A stretch of 64,000 nt of DNA, from positions 62,001 to 126,000 of the IMG/VR virus record IMGVR_UViG_3300028864_000014, one strand, 5' to 3'. Position 1 is the first letter of the stretch, and each line of letters starts with the position of its first letter. Below the pieces are notes generated by a model. That model was not told the DNA's origin. It made no database searches and worked only from the letters and a program-made list of their open reading frames with translations. Positions 48,964 to 57,909 of the stretch are shown one piece after another. The position numbers and the translations under genes are program-made.

Positions 48964-49094
48964 AAAAAAAAGTGAAACAACCTAATGTTCCACCTTCTTT
49001 CTTTTGTAAAATTGAAAAAAGAGAGATAGCTTACACACACCTAATGTAATTTTTTATATTACTTAGTCAGGACATTAACCTGAATCTCTCATTT
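48964..49094 (-). ncRNA. candidate structured small RNA (three-way junction) with its own terminator
   Basis: Stems GAGAGAT/ATCTCTC, TCAGG/CCTGA and CTAA-GTAAT/ATTAC-TTAG. GTGGAACA/TGTTTCAC hairpin plus U-run downstream; TATTTATATAA just upstream. Confidence 0.45.
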
Positions 49095-49110
49095 GTTATA
49101 TAAATACAAA

Positions 49111-49144
49111 AACCTAGCAAACTTTAAAAAAGTCTTACTAGGTT
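49111..49144 (-). terminator. terminator-like hairpin downstream of 49234..49785
   Basis: AACCTAG...CTAGGTT with a T-run on the minus strand. Confidence 0.55.
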
Positions 49145-49233
49145 ATTTTCATTTAATATTTTTATTATTAGATTTTTACTCATAATTATATACCTTATAT
49201 ATAAATATTTTTTATCTATTTTTCTATATATTT

Positions 49234-49785
49234 TTATTTACACAAACGATCAGATGCTGAACTAGACGCAAAACTATCTGGCTTACTCATTACTTTATAT
49301 TTATCTCCACATAACCAACCCATAACAGCAGTATAAACTTTATTTGATTTATTGTCTGATAATTTTGCTCCGTTTCTTGTATTTTTACTGGCATTTAAAT
49401 CAACATGAATTTCAACTAACTTATTGGGAGTAGATCCATCATAAAGATTAGTATCAAATTTATGTTTATAATCAATTTCAATTAATTTTTCATTTATAGA
49501 TTCCGCAACAGAATGAGCCAAATATACTTCATTCCACAATTTAGTTACAAGATCTTTAACCTTTGGCTCAGTATATGTTGCATAAACAACATGGGCACCT
49601 TTTTTTTTGTTCTCATTATAAAAAACTACAGTTACCGCATATTTAGTTCTATGCATATGACTATCTGAATCACATCCAACTATTACTTTGGATCCATTAT
49701 CAATGTTTTTTACATAATTTAGAACATAATCATTAATGTTTTCAATTTTTTCTCCATTTACTTTCTTCCATGCTAACTTTTTCAT
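49234..49785 (-). CDS. YkuK/DUF458-like RNase H-fold protein
   Basis: VIVGCDS, KLWNEV, VEIHVDLN and KPDSFASSSASD. Confidence 0.85.
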   Translation of the reverse strand: MKKLAWKKVNGEKIENINDYVLNYVKNIDNGSKVIVGCDSDSHMHRTKYAVTVVFYNENKKKGAHVVYATYTEPKVKDLVTKLWNEVYLAHSVAESINEKLIEIDYKHKFDTNLYDGSTPNKLVEIHVDLNASKNTRNGAKLSDNKSNKVYTAVMGWLCGDKYKVMSKPDSFASSSASDRLCK

Positions 49786-49965
49786 TTCTGTTATAATTTT
49801 TTGTTTTTTATATTAATGATAATGTATTTTATATTTTCAAATAAGTTTATTTTTATTTTAAAAAAGATAATGATTTATAACTTTATTTAAGTACAAATTA
49901 TAAACTTATCTATCAATTGTAAGTATAAACATCAATTCTATATGTAATAATTAAAATATAATGAT

Positions 49966-50679
49966 ATGTCTAAGATAAAAATTAATAATGAGTACGCTGT
50001 AAGAATAAATCATCCAGAACTTGGAGTTTTCTATTTCTCATATTGCGGGCTCAATGAAAAATTTAATCCGTTTGTTTTTACTAAAATTTTATCTAAAGTT
50101 CAAACTTGGAAAACTATAAAATTTGCAGAAAAACAAATAAATATAATTATATCACAGTTGGAATCTAATGAAGGTAAAATTTATTTATCTCTTGGAACAA
50201 ATATAGAGTGTGAATATACATCTAAAATTTTTCAATCCAGAAAAAAATATTATTATCTTATTGACTCGATACAAAATGTTAGATCAAAAATAAATTTAAT
50301 AACAGCAAATAAAAACGTTAACAATTTAAATGTTACATTAATTGAAGATTCAGAAGAAATTTGTAATGTTTATAAAAATATAAAAAATAATTTTTTCATA
50401 AATAAAATTAAAAAACTAGATAATTGTGATGTTGATTTTGATGAAATATTAAAATATTCAAATGATACATTATTATCTATAAATACATACAATGCAATTC
50501 AAAATGAATTAGTACTTAAAGTGAATAACTATCTTGAAGATATCTCATTATATAAAAAAGATATTTCAATCTTAGAAGATTCTAAAACTTATAAAGGATT
50601 ATATTTAGATATTATAGATGCATCTTATGGATTTAGAAGATTAAAATTAAATACACTTAATTTATTACAAGATAATTAA
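49966..50679 (+). CDS. hypothetical protein with RxxKL-type tag
   Basis: Ends FRRLKLNTLNLLQDN. Confidence 0.7.
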   Translation: MSKIKINNEYAVRINHPELGVFYFSYCGLNEKFNPFVFTKILSKVQTWKTIKFAEKQINIIISQLESNEGKIYLSLGTNIECEYTSKIFQSRKKYYYLIDSIQNVRSKINLITANKNVNNLNVTLIEDSEEICNVYKNIKNNFFINKIKKLDNCDVDFDEILKYSNDTLLSINTYNAIQNELVLKVNNYLEDISLYKKDISILEDSKTYKGLYLDIIDASYGFRRLKLNTLNLLQDN

Positions 50680-51899
50680 TTATACACTAATCCTGCCTGC
50701 CAATAAGTTTTTCCAGACACAGTTATATATTCATAGTCACTTAATCCATCAACAGTAATTTCATCTATTTCTGTTTCACTTGAATAATTAACTGGTTCTC
50801 CATTCCATGCTGATATATTAATTAAACTTGAAATTCTATCAATTCTGCAAGCCAAACCTACTTTATCAGAACCAGAAAAACATAATCCTATTATTTTTTT
50901 AGTTCCTGAAAAATCTGCAATTAACGCAGAACCAGAATCTCCATGCCAAATAGGATAATCACACATATCACTTATTGGTTGAGTTGTACCAGTTGTTGCT
51001 ACAAAAACTATAAGATCAGAAAACACAATAGGAGTACTAACTCCTTGAATATTATATGATACTGTTGCTACTGCAGGAGATTGATAAACTAATAATTTAG
51101 TGATATATTCACCTTTAGCTCCTGTTGTTCTACCTGCACTATATAATAATGGATTATATGATATATTACCTGGTTTTAATAAGTTATTTATTTCGTCTGT
51201 TGTTGCAAATGAGTAAGAAGATGATTCTAATCCTTCTTGATTATATGATGTTTTTTTATTTATGTAAGTTTGTCCAGAATAAATTGTTGTCAATGAAACC
51301 TCTGCATAATTATATTCAGTTTGCCTTATAGGATAATATCTTTTAACTATTCCAATTGGAAACATATCATTTGGTGTTTCATGTTTTTGTCCTACTATAT
51401 TACCTTTGATATTATATATTTCTCCATCTATTGATCTTTCTGAACATATAGAAGAATCATCAGAAAATACATGATTATTTGATACTCCAACTAATGAATT
51501 TGTTTCATTATCTATAGCTAAAAATCCCAATGTACCAGAATAATTATACATTGATGTAATATTACTACAAGAAACTCCACATTTCAATGGACGAAATGTA
51601 TTTCTGTTTGATGGGGGAATTGTTTCCCAATCATAAAAAGAATCATCACAAAATTTTTCATAGCTACCAATTACTACATCAGTTTTTATTGTTTCATCAC
51701 CAATAACTAATGAATCTGGTAATAATTGTTCTGGTTTCAATTTATCATTATCAATTTTATCTTTAACAGTAAAAACTATTGATAACTCATCAGATATTAT
51801 TCCACTAGTGGTTTTATACCCATATCCAACTCCAATTATATTATCATCAGTATTTTTATGATACTCTTCTAATTTTTTTAATAACTCTTCTTGATTCAT
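50676..51899 (-). CDS. trypsin-like (S1, Nal1-like) serine protease
   Basis: N-terminal GVGYG...VFTV...TDV; GTLG; SNNHV (His); AGRTTG; GDSGS (Ser); Glu at the expected Asp position. Confidence 0.8.
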   Translation of the reverse strand: MNQEELLKKLEEYHKNTDDNIIGVGYGYKTTSGIISDELSIVFTVKDKIDNDKLKPEQLLPDSLVIGDETIKTDVVIGSYEKFCDDSFYDWETIPPSNRNTFRPLKCGVSCSNITSMYNYSGTLGFLAIDNETNSLVGVSNNHVFSDDSSICSERSIDGEIYNIKGNIVGQKHETPNDMFPIGIVKRYYPIRQTEYNYAEVSLTTIYSGQTYINKKTSYNQEGLESSSYSFATTDEINNLLKPGNISYNPLLYSAGRTTGAKGEYITKLLVYQSPAVATVSYNIQGVSTPIVFSDLIVFVATTGTTQPISDMCDYPIWHGDSGSALIADFSGTKKIIGLCFSGSDKVGLACRIDRISSLINISAWNGEPVNYSSETEIDEITVDGLSDYEYITVSGKTYWQAGLVYN

Positions 51900-52492
51900 A
51901 TTTTTTTTATTTCATTTGGTATATGTATAAACAATGTCTTAACTTTAAGTTTTTTGTCAATTATCTCGAATGCATTATTTGTTATTGTGGTTGTTGTGGT
52001 TGTAGTGTATATATCATTTGATATAGTTGATGTGATAATTATTACCGTTGTATTGGCTGTACTTGTATTTATCTTTGATTCTAATTGTGAAACATTTAAT
52101 ACTTGTTCATTTGATTGATATAACGGATGACTAGATATTATTTTAGTGTTTTTCCATGTACTACCATTTGATATTCTAAAAACCAATTTATCTTCTGATT
52201 CGTATCTTATATCTAATATTGATGTTATAAAATATTGTAAAAATTTCTTTGTTGAAGTATTGTCAAAATTATAAGATAAATACTCATTTAAAGTATTTAT
52301 TTTTTTATTGATAAATTCTATAGGAATATTATTAATATTCAATTTCATATCTGCTAAAAATGAAATATTATTTATATTTAAAAAATCTTTTATGTTTTTG
52401 GACTCTCCTATATGAAGACTAAATGTCACCCAATGATCAATAAACCAGCATTTCGCAATTGGTAATTTTGAATATTCAACTGATTTTTTCAT
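51896..52492 (-). CDS. hypothetical protein with Thr-rich segment
   Basis: 198 aa ORF. Confidence 0.6.
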   Translation of the reverse strand: MKKSVEYSKLPIAKCWFIDHWVTFSLHIGESKNIKDFLNINNISFLADMKLNINNIPIEFINKKINTLNEYLSYNFDNTSTKKFLQYFITSILDIRYESEDKLVFRISNGSTWKNTKIISSHPLYQSNEQVLNVSQLESKINTSTANTTVIIITSTISNDIYTTTTTTTITNNAFEIIDKKLKVKTLFIHIPNEIKKI

Positions 52493-52498
52493 TTTATT

Positions 52499-53119
52499 TT
52501 ATTTTTTTATCAAATCATTTACTTTATCTAATTTACTTAATGGAAAAATCCATCCAGCCTTTTTTTCGCCAGTTTTAGGATCAGTCAAAAATTTATTATA
52601 TCTACATCCTAATTCTAATAAATCTTCTTTAATTTCTTTTGTTCCTTTTCCAAAAATAGCATATGCTTTATCTGAATATTTAACTAATTCAATATCAGAG
52701 TATTCTTTTTTATCAAATGTGGATATTGATTTTATGTGTTTTAATTCTGATATCTCTTTTTTTGGTTCTTTCAAAATATCCTTTTTATGTAGCATAAATA
52801 ATTCAGATAAAAGCATTTGATTTCCTTCTTCATCTTCCCAATGTTTAGAAAATTTGTGCTGAGATATCACATATTTTTTAAGCAGTGAATTTACTAAAAC
52901 AGAATCTATTTTTGTTTTTAAATTTCCTATTTTTATAAATTCCAAATCATCTTTCCACTCTCCTTTACCTAATCCTGTTTTAGCTTTAAAGCTATTTAAT
53001 TTAAGATATAAATCATCGTTACTCATATCTAATAATATTTTAGCCTCAACAGACTTATAATCATAATCCCATGAGTAATAAGACTTATTTGTTGCTAATA
53101 ATTTAAGATTTTCATTCAT
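52499..53119 (-). CDS. hypothetical protein with conserved C-terminal YSxKA...LG.RYN...GWIFP domain
   Basis: KYSDKAYAIFG..TKEIKEDLLELGCRYN...AGWIFP is a recurrent uncharacterised domain. Confidence 0.65.
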   Translation of the reverse strand: MNENLKLLATNKSYYSWDYDYKSVEAKILLDMSNDDLYLKLNSFKAKTGLGKGEWKDDLEFIKIGNLKTKIDSVLVNSLLKKYVISQHKFSKHWEDEEGNQMLLSELFMLHKKDILKEPKKEISELKHIKSISTFDKKEYSDIELVKYSDKAYAIFGKGTKEIKEDLLELGCRYNKFLTDPKTGEKKAGWIFPLSKLDKVNDLIKK

Positions 53120-53214
53120 TTTATATAAAATATGTTTTTTATTACTATTAATTAAATTATATATAAATAAAACTTTTTTTATTTTTTCTTTTATAATTAA
53201 AAAAACAAATTAAT

Positions 53215-53529
53215 ATGATTAACTTAGATATAAATATTGGTGTAGGTAATGGAAGTAATAAACTTACTATAAATGTAGAATCAATTAAATCATTCAATAG
53301 AAAAAAAGTAGAAATTGAAAAAATGTTAAGTTATTATTTTTTTGAATTTGATACAGAAAATGTCAGAAATGAGATAAAAGAAAATGTATTGAGAATTCTG
53401 AGTAATGATTTAATAAGTACCAGAATAGAAAAACTTAAAAAATTAAATGATATTTGTGAAGGTGATAATAAATTAAAAAATTATCATCAATACAATATCA
53501 TCAATAATATTGAAATAATAAAAAAATAA
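53215..53529 (+). CDS. tail-sheath C-terminal-like fragment with RxxKL tag
   Basis: YYFFEFDTENVRNEIKENV versus T4 gp18 YRLFELNNAFTRSSFR; TRIEKLKKL. Confidence 0.5.
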   Translation: MINLDINIGVGNGSNKLTINVESIKSFNRKKVEIEKMLSYYFFEFDTENVRNEIKENVLRILSNDLISTRIEKLKKLNDICEGDNKLKNYHQYNIINNIEIIKK

Positions 53530-53534
53530 TTATA

Positions 53535-54002
53535 ATGGCAATAGCACAGTTTTCTAATAGTTTGAATAGCTTACATGATGTAGAGCCTATTTATCTAACA
53601 CAATTTGAAGTTAGATTTAATAATACTTTTTTGACTGATAATTGTAGTTCTATAAAAAACGATATTATGATTTTTAATTTATATACTGTTAATGATGAAT
53701 TACAACCATTTCAGATTATAAATAATATGATTAATAATAATACTATTATAAATTATTTAGAAATTATAAATAGTAAAAAAGATGGTACTATAAAATATTG
53801 CTCTTTTTTGAAAAATTTCTCATTTGTCGAAATTTTAGGATTTCTTGATTTTGATTGGGATTCATGGGATAAAAGTGATTCAAAAATTAAAGATTTACGT
53901 GTAAAATTTAAATATGATAAAATGGATGTAGTCACATCAAAAAATTATAACAATTTTTTAAGAAAAATTAAACTTGAGTGCATAACTAAAAAAGATTCAT
54001 AA
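53535..54002 (+). CDS. tail-tube-like degenerate protein with RxxKL tag
   Basis: MAIAQFSNS...EPIYLTQFEVRF resembles N-termini of jumbo-phage tube proteins as I recall them; ends LRKIKLECI. Confidence 0.5.
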   Translation: MAIAQFSNSLNSLHDVEPIYLTQFEVRFNNTFLTDNCSSIKNDIMIFNLYTVNDELQPFQIINNMINNNTIINYLEIINSKKDGTIKYCSFLKNFSFVEILGFLDFDWDSWDKSDSKIKDLRVKFKYDKMDVVTSKNYNNFLRKIKLECITKKDS

Positions 54003-54018
54003 TATATGAATCTTTTTT
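53988..54018. terminator. bidirectional intrinsic terminator
   Basis: AAAAAAGATTCATA-AT-ATATGAATCTTTTTT (stem AAAAAAGATTCAT/ATGAATCTTTTTT). Confidence 0.75.
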
Positions 54019-54022
54019 ATTT

Positions 54023-54427
54023 TTATTCTTCTTTTTCTTCTTCTAAGAATTCAATCTCATCATCATCATCAATATTTATCAATTTTATATTATCATCATA
54101 TACTACAAATTCTTTCAATTCTTCTATCATATCATAAAAATCTGATTCATCTAAACTATCAAGAAGGTCTGCCAATTCATCTTTTGATGGTTCATAATTA
54201 TCTTCATCTTTATATCCATCTAAACTATTTATACCTTGATTATCTAGAATTTCTAATATCTGATCAATAGCATCATGTTTATATTCCCAAAATGATTCAG
54301 TATTGTCATTCACTCTAACTTCCCATTTATTTTCTATTTCTTCATCATTAGTGGTATTTTCTATTTCCTCGTCATCAAGAATATTTTCTTTTATATATTC
54401 AAATTCATTAAATTTTTTAAGAGCCAT
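54023..54427 (-). CDS. highly acidic protein with CTS-like N-terminus
   Basis: Starts MALKKFNEFE; TTTTTATATATAC at 54455-54443. Confidence 0.75.
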   Translation of the reverse strand: MALKKFNEFEYIKENILDDEEIENTTNDEEIENKWEVRVNDNTESFWEYKHDAIDQILEILDNQGINSLDGYKDEDNYEPSKDELADLLDSLDESDFYDMIEELKEFVVYDDNIKLINIDDDDEIEFLEEEKEE

Positions 54428-54503
54428 AATTTTTCTTTTTTTGTATATATAAAAATATAACTAACTATTTTTTATTTTCTTCTATTATATCATTTTTTAT
54501 TTG

Positions 54504-54511
54504 TATCTTTG
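54504..54511 (+). promoter_or_regulatory. Bacteroidota-type -7 box TATCTTTG
   Basis: 27 nt upstream of ATG 54539, at the head of the run of RxxKL-tagged genes. Confidence 0.65.
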
Positions 54512-54538
54512 TAATTCAAATAATTTAATAAAATTTAT

Positions 54539-55045
54539 ATGAAAAAATTTGAAACCGTATTTAAGACTTGGATAGGGAAAAATACGAATTCACAAATCAA
54601 AGCAATTGATAAAATTTCATCTGAAACAGGAATTGACGCCGAAGATTGGTTCTTTAATAATTTCTTACGTTTACAAACTGGTGATTTTAGTGGAACTGAT
54701 TTTTTAGAGGTACTACTTGAAAATTATTTATGTAATTTGACTCATAAATTTGAAAAAATTGTAGGAGAATATTTAGAAAGCACAGGAACTAGTTTTTATG
54801 GTGAGCCAATATATGATATAGATATTACATTGGATTATGATTATAAAAAAAATTGTATAGTTATTGACGAACAATATGGAAATAAATCTGATATTGAAAA
54901 AATAATAAAATCAATATCTCTTGATAATAAAATACTATTAACTAAAAATAAAATATTTACATACGTCATTAATGAAACAAAATTAAATATATTCTCAGAA
55001 AAAGAAGCAAGAATATTAAAATTGAAACAATTGAATGAAATATAA
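54539..55045 (+). CDS. hypothetical protein with RxxKL tag
   Basis: Ends EARILKLKQLNEI. Confidence 0.75.
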   Translation: MKKFETVFKTWIGKNTNSQIKAIDKISSETGIDAEDWFFNNFLRLQTGDFSGTDFLEVLLENYLCNLTHKFEKIVGEYLESTGTSFYGEPIYDIDITLDYDYKKNCIVIDEQYGNKSDIEKIIKSISLDNKILLTKNKIFTYVINETKLNIFSEKEARILKLKQLNEI

Positions 55046-55256
55046 AATTGGCGATATTATCATTTTTAATAAATCTAAAAAATCAAAATCAATCATAATA
55101 GAAATTATTCATCAACATTTATTTCATTATTATAGATTTAGATTTATTGATGAAAATAATACTCACATTATGAGTTGTGAAAATGTAGATAATTCATCAG
55201 AATTCTATATTAATTATATAAGAAAAGAAAAATTAAAAAATATAAATGAAATATAA
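55035..55256 (+). CDS. MKYKIGDI (SH3/KOW-like) cassette protein with RxxKL tag
   Basis: MKYKIGDII...IRKEKLKNINEI. Confidence 0.75.
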   Translation: MKYKIGDIIIFNKSKKSKSIIIEIIHQHLFHYYRFRFIDENNTHIMSCENVDNSSEFYINYIRKEKLKNINEI

Positions 55257-55471
55257 AATAGGTGATATTATCATTTTTGAAAGTTTCAAAACAAAAATAG
55301 TAAGAATTATTAATAGTAATAATTGTTATGAAATACATACATTTTTTAATAATCAAACATACACACAAGTTGTTCAATCTGAATATGTAGATAGATGCTC
55401 AAAAATAGATATTAAATCTATGAGAAAAGAAAAATTAAAAAATTTAAATGAAATATAAAATAGGTGATATT
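55221..55471 (+). repeat. two 49-bp direct repeats spanning gene junctions (one mismatch)
   Basis: AGAAAAGAAAAATTAAAAAAT(A/T)TAAATGAAATATAAAATAGGTGATATT at 55221-55269 and 55423-55471. Confidence 0.9.
55246..55458 (+). CDS. MKYKIGDI cassette protein with RxxKL tag
   Basis: MKYKIGDII...MRKEKLKNLNEI. Confidence 0.75.
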   Translation: MKYKIGDIIIFESFKTKIVRIINSNNCYEIHTFFNNQTYTQVVQSEYVDRCSKIDIKSMRKEKLKNLNEI

Positions 55472-55669
55472 GTGGTTGGCGAAATTTTAAAAATTAAAAT
55501 AGTAAGTATTTTAAATAATAAATATGAATATCGTTTAATGTGCTGTAAAAATCCAAAAGTCACAAATTGGACTACTGAATCAATAGACAATAAAACAGAA
55601 TTAGATAAACAATATTTAAGAAAAGAAAAATTAAAAAAATTATATGATACTTCAGCAATGGCTAAATAA
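55448..55669 (+). CDS. MKYKIGDI cassette protein with RxxKL tag
   Basis: MKYKIGDIV...LRKEKLKKLYD. Confidence 0.75.
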   Translation: MKYKIGDIVVGEILKIKIVSILNNKYEYRLMCCKNPKVTNWTTESIDNKTELDKQYLRKEKLKKLYDTSAMAK

Positions 55670-56225
55670 TCCTGATTTTTTGGATAAAAATCAGTTTGAA
55701 AAAAGAAAAGTATTAAAAAGAAGCATATTATCAGATAAATATTGTTTAGTAGGTAAAACATATATATGCTTTGATAATGAAAACTATTGCTCAAATATGA
55801 GATTTTATAGTTCTAATAGCTATTGTAATTTGACTATAGGTAAATCATATGAAATATTAGATCATAAAATTGGTAAGGTAAGAATACTAAATGATAGCAA
55901 CAAAAAAATTTGGACTACAATTAATAGATTTATATATTCAATAAAATATGAAAGAAAAGATAAATTAAAAAAAATATCTAAATCAGATGATGAAATTTTT
56001 ATTGACATATCAGAAAAAAAATTGATTTGTGTTTTATGCGGACAAGAATGGGGAATAGAAAATAAATTCACAAATACATGTGAAAATGTTGAATGTAATG
56101 GCTTTTGTACATGGGGATATTATCCAATGATACCAGAAAGTTTCACAATTGATGATAATGGATTTTGGCATTTAATACCTTTTCCTAAGGATTTAAAAGA
56201 ATTATATAATTATAAAATTAAATAA
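55644..56225 (+). CDS. hypothetical protein with internal RxxKL tag and C-terminal Cys-rich (Zn-binding-like) domain
   Basis: Internal ERKDKLKKI, then CVLCG...CENVECNGFC. Confidence 0.7.
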   Translation: MILQQWLNNPDFLDKNQFEKRKVLKRSILSDKYCLVGKTYICFDNENYCSNMRFYSSNSYCNLTIGKSYEILDHKIGKVRILNDSNKKIWTTINRFIYSIKYERKDKLKKISKSDDEIFIDISEKKLICVLCGQEWGIENKFTNTCENVECNGFCTWGYYPMIPESFTIDDNGFWHLIPFPKDLKELYNYKIK

Positions 56226-56227
56226 AT

Positions 56228-56617
56228 ATGTTAGATAAAAAATCAACTCAACGTATAAAAGACTATGTTATCAGCACAGGTAAAAAGATAACAGTAAAAA
56301 GTGGTAGATGTAGATATAATTTTAGATGTCAAATGAATGCAGTAAATGATGCATTATGTAGTGGTCAAACAACAGTAGGAATGTGTGTTTGTATTAATAG
56401 TGATAATTGTTTTATTCATTTTGTTAATATTTCAAAAAATAACACATTCATTGATAATACATTGGGACAATGGTCAGTTAAATATAAATATTATTTAGTA
56501 AAAATTATTGAAAAAAAAGATTTTTTAAATATAAATGATATTTTTCTTAAATATAGAAAAGAATTGCATCAAAAATTACCTTTATACTTGAGAATGGTAA
56601 ATACAATTGAATTTTAA
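56228..56617 (+). CDS. hypothetical protein with possible Cys-His-Asp triad
   Basis: FRCQMNA, FIHFVN and FIDNT in papain/transglutaminase-like order. Confidence 0.4.
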   Translation: MLDKKSTQRIKDYVISTGKKITVKSGRCRYNFRCQMNAVNDALCSGQTTVGMCVCINSDNCFIHFVNISKNNTFIDNTLGQWSVKYKYYLVKIIEKKDFLNINDIFLKYRKELHQKLPLYLRMVNTIEF

Positions 56618-56881
56618 ATGATAATTGATAAAGGTTGGGGATATTGGGATTTGAAAAATTCCACAAGACTTGATGATATTGCATATTATTCATTTGTTCA
56701 AGATTATGTGAAGGACTATAAAGATTCAATATCATTTATGTCAAATATGGATTATGAACCACCTGATCAAACTTGGTTTTATTATCAAAGAAATAAAAAT
56801 AGTCATTATTCTTATCATTACAATAGTGCAAATAATTTTTTAAGAAAAGAAAAACTTGTTAAATTAAAAGAAATACAATAA
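56618..56881 (+). CDS. small RxxKL-tagged protein, paralog of 42284..42508
   Basis: GYWDLKNSTRLDDIAY...LRKEKLVKL. Confidence 0.7.
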   Translation: MIIDKGWGYWDLKNSTRLDDIAYYSFVQDYVKDYKDSISFMSNMDYEPPDQTWFYYQRNKNSHYSYHYNSANNFLRKEKLVKLKEIQ

Positions 56882-56884
56882 ATA

Positions 56885-57562
56885 ATGAAAAAGAAAATAG
56901 TAATATTCACTGGTGCTGGAATAAGTGCAGAAAGCGGAATTCAAACTTTCAGGGATTCTGACGGACTTTGGGAGCAATATGATGTAAAAGACGTTGCAAC
57001 TATTGATGGTTGGAGAAAAGATAGACAATTAGTTTTAAAATTTTATAATGAAAGACATAAACAATTAGATACTGTAGAACCTAATTCAGCTCATTACTTT
57101 CTTGCTGAATTGGAAAAAAAGTATGATGTTCAGATAGTTACTCAAAATGTCGACGATCTCCATGAGAGAGCAGGAAGTACAAATGTTCTACATCTTCATG
57201 GACAATTAACAAAGATGAGAGCATTTAATAATTTTACTGTTTATGATTGGCCAAAAGATTTTGACATACAAACAGATAGTGTGGATGAAAATGGCGATAC
57301 ATTAAGACCACATATTGTTTGGTTTGGAGAAGCTGTTCCAAATATGGGTAAAGCTGAAAAAATAACAAAAGAAGCAGATATACTTATTGTAATTGGAACA
57401 TCATTACAAGTTTATCCTGCAGCAAATTTATTATATAAAGCAAATTTTAGAGCACCTATATATTATATTGATCCTTCTGATTCTGATATTGGTATAGATA
57501 TTAAAAATTTTACTCATATAAAAGAAACAGCAACAGAAGGAGTTAAAAAATTAAAATTGTGA
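56885..57562 (+). CDS. cobB: Sir2-family NAD-dependent protein deacylase
   Basis: GAGISAESGIQTFR, TQNVDDLHE, LHLHG, RPHIVWFGE and GTSLQVYPAA. Confidence 0.95.
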   Translation: MKKKIVIFTGAGISAESGIQTFRDSDGLWEQYDVKDVATIDGWRKDRQLVLKFYNERHKQLDTVEPNSAHYFLAELEKKYDVQIVTQNVDDLHERAGSTNVLHLHGQLTKMRAFNNFTVYDWPKDFDIQTDSVDENGDTLRPHIVWFGEAVPNMGKAEKITKEADILIVIGTSLQVYPAANLLYKANFRAPIYYIDPSDSDIGIDIKNFTHIKETATEGVKKLKL

Positions 57563-57879
57563 TGATAGAAAATAAAAGTGAAAAATACGGAAAATATTAT
57601 GGAGAGTTAGTTGATTTTGACTACACTGCAAATATGATATATTCAGATTGGAGCGAGAGAGAGACTTCAATGTTTTGTGAACAACTAGAAGAATACGGAG
57701 TAACAGAAATAATTTTTGACGTTGAAGATGGGGAAAATGAAAATAAATACTCATCAACATTATATATTGAAACAACAGATGAAACAGATTACAAAAAACT
57801 TATGATGTTAATTTTATCAAAACATCCTGATGAGTTTTCAGAAGAAACAAATAATCACTTTAGATTTTGGGTTGATTAA
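57559..57879 (+). CDS. acidic hypothetical protein
   Basis: 106 aa ORF overlapping the cobB stop. Confidence 0.65.
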   Translation: MMIENKSEKYGKYYGELVDFDYTANMIYSDWSERETSMFCEQLEEYGVTEIIFDVEDGENENKYSSTLYIETTDETDYKKLMMLILSKHPDEFSEETNNHFRFWVD

Positions 57880-57909
57880 AAACATTAAACAAATTAAAAA
57901 TATAATATT

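Noticed and set aside
49021-49090. Canonical tRNA-Phe(AAA)
   Set aside because: No TTC T-loop or T-stem, no GG in the D-loop, and wrong spacing between arms. Kept only as an ncRNA candidate.
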